Notes under the pieces: model-generated
Told to the model about the DNA's origin: nothing
Seen by the model: only the letters and a program-made list of their open reading frames with translations
Databases searched by the model: none
Shown: one piece after another, positions 61,401-64,000 of the stretch
Position numbering within the stretch: the first letter of the stretch is position 1
How the letters are laid out: the number at the start of each line of letters is the position of its first letter
Program-made: the position numbers and the translations under genes
Source: Candidatus Methylomirabilia bacterium
GTDB lineage: Bacteria > Methylomirabilota > Methylomirabilia > Rokubacteriales > CSP1-6
Reading direction: 5' to 3'
Length of the DNA: 64,000 bases
Assembly: GCA_041492755.1 (NCBI GenBank)
Contig: JBGPXN010000002.1
Span: 14,883-78,882, forward strand

Positions 61401-63112
61401 ATCCGCCCGTCGCCGTGGGCACCTACACGGTCGTCGCCACGTTCGCGGCCACGCGCAACTACGCGGGCGTCACGCGCTCGGCAACGATCACGATCCGGGC
61501 GCTGCCGGCCACGGTCAGCGTCACCGGCGGTTACTTCGCCTTCGACGGTCAGCCGCACCCGGCGACGGGCACCGTGACCGGCGTGAGCGGCGAGCCCCTC
61601 GCGCCACTGACGTTCACCTACAACGGCCTCCCCGACGCGCCGGTGAACGCCGGCACGTACCAGGTGGTAGGCACGTTCCCCGGCAACGACCTGTACGGCC
61701 CGGCCACGGCGACGGCCGTGATCCGGATCGTGTCCGGCGACGAGGCCGGCGAGACCTGTGTGCTCGTGGACTTCCGGGAGATCACCTACTTCCGGAACCA
61801 GACGGTGATCACGTCGTCGGATGCCGGCATCCGCCTGCGCAGCGGGATCGGCGGGCCGTTCAACCCGGCGCTGTGGCCGTACGACGCGAACGGCGCTGCG
61901 GGGAAGACGCGCTCGCGGGGAACGCTGTTCCGCATCTACGGCTTCAAGGCGGACCAGCTCGGCGCGCGCATTCCGGACGCCGACAACCCGCTGAGCTATC
62001 CGGTGGTCGCGGACCCGAACATTCCCGGCGCGTACTACATCGATCTCGGCGGCAAGCCGGCGCGGGTGACGGTGTGCGTCCCGCAGTTGCAGACGAATCT
62101 CCTCGACGGGTCGCTCGATGACGCCGGCGTGCTCCCCGGCAGCCCCCGGCTGACCGACGCGCAGAAGAACGTGCCGGGCATCATGCTCACCCACAACGCG
62201 GTCAAGCTCTCGATCCCGTCGCGCGTGCGCACCGAGCTGCGCGCTCTCGGCATGCCGCTGGTGGACCAGCGCGGGCGCGACGTGGCGTACGGATACATCC
62301 ACTACGTCGGTTTCCAGCTCTGGGGCCACGGAAACGAGAGCCTGCGCGAGTTCGTCGACGTCCGGGTGGAGTTCGTCAACGACGACGCCACCGACCGGCG
62401 GCTCCACTACGAGTACGGCTTCCATACCGTGAAGAACGACGACTTCGAGAGCCCGGCCGGCTGCAACTACATGGACCGCAACCCCGGTAACGACGGCCTG
62501 CGATTCAACGACGTGTGGGAAGGCACGCGCGTCGGGGACCCGGACTATGGCCCGGCCTGCGGCGCGCGGGAGCCGTCGCAGAACCAGAAGGTGCGCGCGA
62601 ACTACGCGGTGCCGTTCAATGGCGTGCAGCTCCTGACCGCGGTGAACACCCACGACGACACCGTGCGCATCTTCTTCGGCGAGATCCGGCCGGTGCCGCC
62701 GGCGAATCGTGCCCCGGCCCTGACCTCGCCGGGTAACCGGACGGTGACAGTGGGCTCGGCGCTCACGTTCACGCTCCAGGCGACGGATGCCGACGGCGAC
62801 GCCCTGACCTACGGCGCCACCGGCCTGCCGGCGGGCGGCACGCTGAACGCCGCGACCGGCGCGTTCGCGTGGACGCCGACATCCACCCAGGTGGGCGCCT
62901 TCAGCATGACCTTCACCGTGACCGATGCGGGCGGGTTGCGCGACTCCAGGACGGTCGTCCTGACGGCGCAGCGCAAGCGCACGGGGGACAAGGACTCCGA
63001 GCCCGACGACGACGAGCGCTCGCACAGGCAAAAGACGGGCGAGCGGTCTCGAGACGACGATGACGATCGCCCGGCGTCCCGAAAAGCAGGTGAATTATCG
63101 CGCGACGACTGA
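58460..63112 (+). CDS. Giant secreted adhesin-like protein: beta-helix N-region, seven MBG-like repeats, He_PIG/cadherin-like Ig domain, acidic tail (1550 aa)
   Basis: Signal MKRAWFLALLLALTSPVARA. Seven ~73-aa units of the form FTYDGQPHPATG.VTGV.GE.L....FTYNG...PV.AGTY.VV.TF.G..NY at ~60090..61730. He_PIG-like block: LTSPGNRTVTVGSALTFTLQATDADGDALTYGATGLPAGGTLNAATGAFAWTP. Asp/Arg-rich C-terminus. Confidence 0.8.
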   Translation: MKRAWFLALLLALTSPVARAEEAQADDCARLSGVVVDSGLTSECRIATQVNASGAYNIATALRIMSTGQIVVPPVATGNSLTLNVAGALTFEVPTLAGAASIVGDTDVFGPNPGGIGASLTITATGDVVLRGDGSKGAIVSANSDPAGCTGNGKAGTIVIGSTLGQVTVENGGSIEASGQCPAGEISIVTDEGDIRIDGVVEAASGTSGSGGVTRPRGGPITISAACKLTIDKNGRVSSKGLSPGADLVHLESGCDTEILGRVESVAGVVPDGMPNRCTAPFRPDKPTNATACIEVWAGGKLVVTTITPNNGYVVAETGAGVSAALPGICCTWIDLFANGDVTIQGRPTSVRGQPYAIAARQTAANAKGGSIDVKSVKGKVTTSGRALVADAITAPGGTGGSITIEAGGPTTYPPNLVHPADPASNVDLGDTSVRAVGGAQITPPGRGSIAVRSFNGQITGGGLTNGAPDINKGHLDASGGGTAVVIDVRLCEGDLYIGPILPGATRSSLACGGNPTPPSFVDVPVFVPRPTVTISSPAGCQNFVCVFNAAPRPATALATGTQGEPLSPVNVTYAFNGNPVTVPLAVGDYVVTATFPGNANYRSASATAIVTVIGGNLPVPTLSVTGGTFTYDRAPHSATVTLLGNGLPLAGAIVTYNGSPAPPVNAGMYAVVASYAGSSLFLPAGPVQTTITINQATPVVSVSSFSALYDGNPHPASGLVTGVGGESLGAPTFTYSGSPSAPRFAIGSYTVVGTYAGSTNYSGATGTGTITLTPATPLVTVSHLTFLYDGQPHPATGSVIGVNGEVLSGLAFTYDNSPAAPTTRGFYPVTGAFTGGGNYGPATGVGSVTIVGLPVTVTVTGASVTYDGQPHPSTATVTDASNVVIAIVPLVYNDLDAGGSVPIPVDAGTYDVVASYPGDDVNAPAEGSAQTVIAPFTTQMTLTGGSFTYDGQAHPTVVTVTGVGGQPLSPVDVTYNGVPDPPVAVGTYTVVATFAATRNYAGVTRSATITIRALPATVSVTGGYFAFDGQPHPATGTVTGVSGEPLAPLTFTYNGLPDAPVNAGTYQVVGTFPGNDLYGPATATAVIRIVSGDEAGETCVLVDFREITYFRNQTVITSSDAGIRLRSGIGGPFNPALWPYDANGAAGKTRSRGTLFRIYGFKADQLGARIPDADNPLSYPVVADPNIPGAYYIDLGGKPARVTVCVPQLQTNLLDGSLDDAGVLPGSPRLTDAQKNVPGIMLTHNAVKLSIPSRVRTELRALGMPLVDQRGRDVAYGYIHYVGFQLWGHGNESLREFVDVRVEFVNDDATDRRLHYEYGFHTVKNDDFESPAGCNYMDRNPGNDGLRFNDVWEGTRVGDPDYGPACGAREPSQNQKVRANYAVPFNGVQLLTAVNTHDDTVRIFFGEIRPVPPANRAPALTSPGNRTVTVGSALTFTLQATDADGDALTYGATGLPAGGTLNAATGAFAWTPTSTQVGAFSMTFTVTDAGGLRDSRTVVLTAQRKRTGDKDSEPDDDERSHRQKTGERSRDDDDDRPASRKAGELSRDD

Positions 63113-63158
63113 AGCGGGCGCCACCGATCGGGCGGTGGCCCGCCGTACAATCGCATCG

Positions 63159-64000
63159 ATGCCGTTAGGGCCTTTCCGCGCCGTTGACCAGTGGTTGACC
63201 CGCTGCCTGCACGACGCCGGCCGCGGGATTCCGGCTCCCGGCGGCCCGGCGCCCGATGACTGGAGCGCCGTGCTGGCGACCGCGGAGCGCCACGGCCTCG
63301 GCGCGGCGCTCGGCTGGGCCGTCCGCGCACGCGGTGACGTGCCGGCCGCCGTCCGTGCAGCAGGCGAACGTCATCTCGCGCACGGCGCGGCGCGCCACCT
63401 CCTCATGACCAACGGGCTCGTGCAGGTCCTGCGCGCGTGCGCCGCCGACGGAATCCCGGTGATACCGCTGAAGGGCCCGGCGCTCGCCGAGGCGCTCTAT
63501 CCCCATCCGGGCATGCGTCCCTGCAACGACGTCGACATCCTCGTGCGTCCCGCCGACGTGCGTCGCGCGGACGCCGCCTTGCGGCGCCTCGGATACGCGT
63601 CGTACGACGACGCGCATTCCTGGGACTTCGACCTCGCGTACGACCACGCGACGCTGTACGAGCGCACCGACGGCGTGCGCCTGGACCTGCACTGGCGCCT
63701 GCTCAACGATCCGCGCTACACCGGCGACGTCGACGCCGGCATCTGGGACCGCGCCACCGAGCAGGAGATCGCCGGCCTCCGGGCCCGCGTCCTCGGCCGG
63801 GAGGACGTGCTCCTCTATCTGGCTGTGCACCTCGCCGTGCACCACGCCCTGGACGGTCTGGTCTGGTACTGGGACCTCGCGCTCCTCGTCGACCGCTGGC
63901 GCCCGGAGATCGACTGGCAGGCCGTGGTGACGCGCGCGCTCGCCGGCCACGTCCGACGCGCGCTCTTCCACGCGCTCGCCGGTCTGCACGCCACGTTCGG
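63159..64000 (+). CDS. Nucleotidyltransferase family protein (pfam14907/NTP_transf_5-like), 3' end outside window
   Basis: ATG 63159 opens a frame with no stop to base 64000, which is probably why it is absent from the ORF track. My own translation gives IPVIPLKGPALAEALYPHPGMRPCNDVDILVRPADVRRADAALRRLGY...LDLHWRL...LLYLAVHLAVHH. The listed 63165..63989 minus ORF is its antisense shadow. Confidence 0.7.
   Translation, partial: MPLGPFRAVDQWLTRCLHDAGRGIPAPGGPAPDDWSAVLATAERHGLGAALGWAVRARGDVPAAVRAAGERHLAHGAARHLLMTNGLVQVLRACAADGIPVIPLKGPALAEALYPHPGMRPCNDVDILVRPADVRRADAALRRLGYASYDDAHSWDFDLAYDHATLYERTDGVRLDLHWRLLNDPRYTGDVDAGIWDRATEQEIAGLRARVLGREDVLLYLAVHLAVHHALDGLVWYWDLALLVDRWRPEIDWQAVVTRALAGHVRRALFHALAGLHATF

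Noticed and set aside
63165-63989. 274-aa minus-strand ORF at the window end.
   Set aside because: It is the antisense shadow of the + strand nucleotidyltransferase-like frame, which stays open to base 64000. The + frame gives a recognisable conserved sequence and the minus frame does not.
1-64000. CRISPR arrays, rRNA genes, transposase/IS elements and prophage structural genes.
   Set aside because: I saw no regularly spaced short direct repeats, no rRNA-like conserved stretches, no DDE/transposase-like ORFs and no terminal inverted repeats around any ORF.

Overview
This is a 64-kb, very GC-rich (roughly 70% by eye) bacterial chromosomal segment, densely coding on both strands. It has no rRNA and no CRISPR array. 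I would guess an uncultured soil or subsurface lineage, but that guess is weak.

Content from left to right:
- a TPR protein and an aldehyde:ferredoxin oxidoreductase;
- tRNA-Val followed by a ~5.7-kb lower-GC block that ends in a truncated second tRNA-Val copy. The block looks like a decaying integrative island. It carries tandem DUF4160/DUF2442 pairs, a HicB pseudogene, a helicase fragment and a ParB-like nuclease;
- a complete periplasmic type-II DMSO-reductase-family operon of the Nitrospira/anammox NXR/NAR-like type: cytochrome c-EB_dh gamma fusion, Tat alpha, a small ORF, beta, a TorD-like chaperone and a Zn-ribbon protein;
- a USP / CBS-USP / alanine dehydrogenase cluster;
- a sigma54 activator and a propionyl-CoA synthetase-like gene;
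- a TPR plus beta-barrel outer-membrane protein converging on a 1547-aa FecR-domain repeat protein;
- tRNA-Asp; two YdcF paralogs flanking a gluconolactonase-like gene; dUTPase;
- a serine protease-TM-rhodanese-cNMP fusion; a pilin; PepN; a pentaheme cytochrome c; GGT.

The most interesting locus is a translationally coupled operon at 51.6-58.3 kb, with associated genes running to the window edge. It encodes a SipW-like peptidase, an HPr-kinase-like protein, a PqqD/RRE protein, a radical SAM/SPASM enzyme and a pfam14907-like nucleotidyltransferase. A 52-codon precursor-like ORF sits in this operon and is absent from the ORF track. Two giant secreted repeat proteins flank the core genes. This looks like an uncharacterised RiPP-type peptide maturation system.

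Several apparent -1 frameshifts fall in G runs, so assembly indel errors are possible. All family assignments come from motif recognition by eye, not from database searches.
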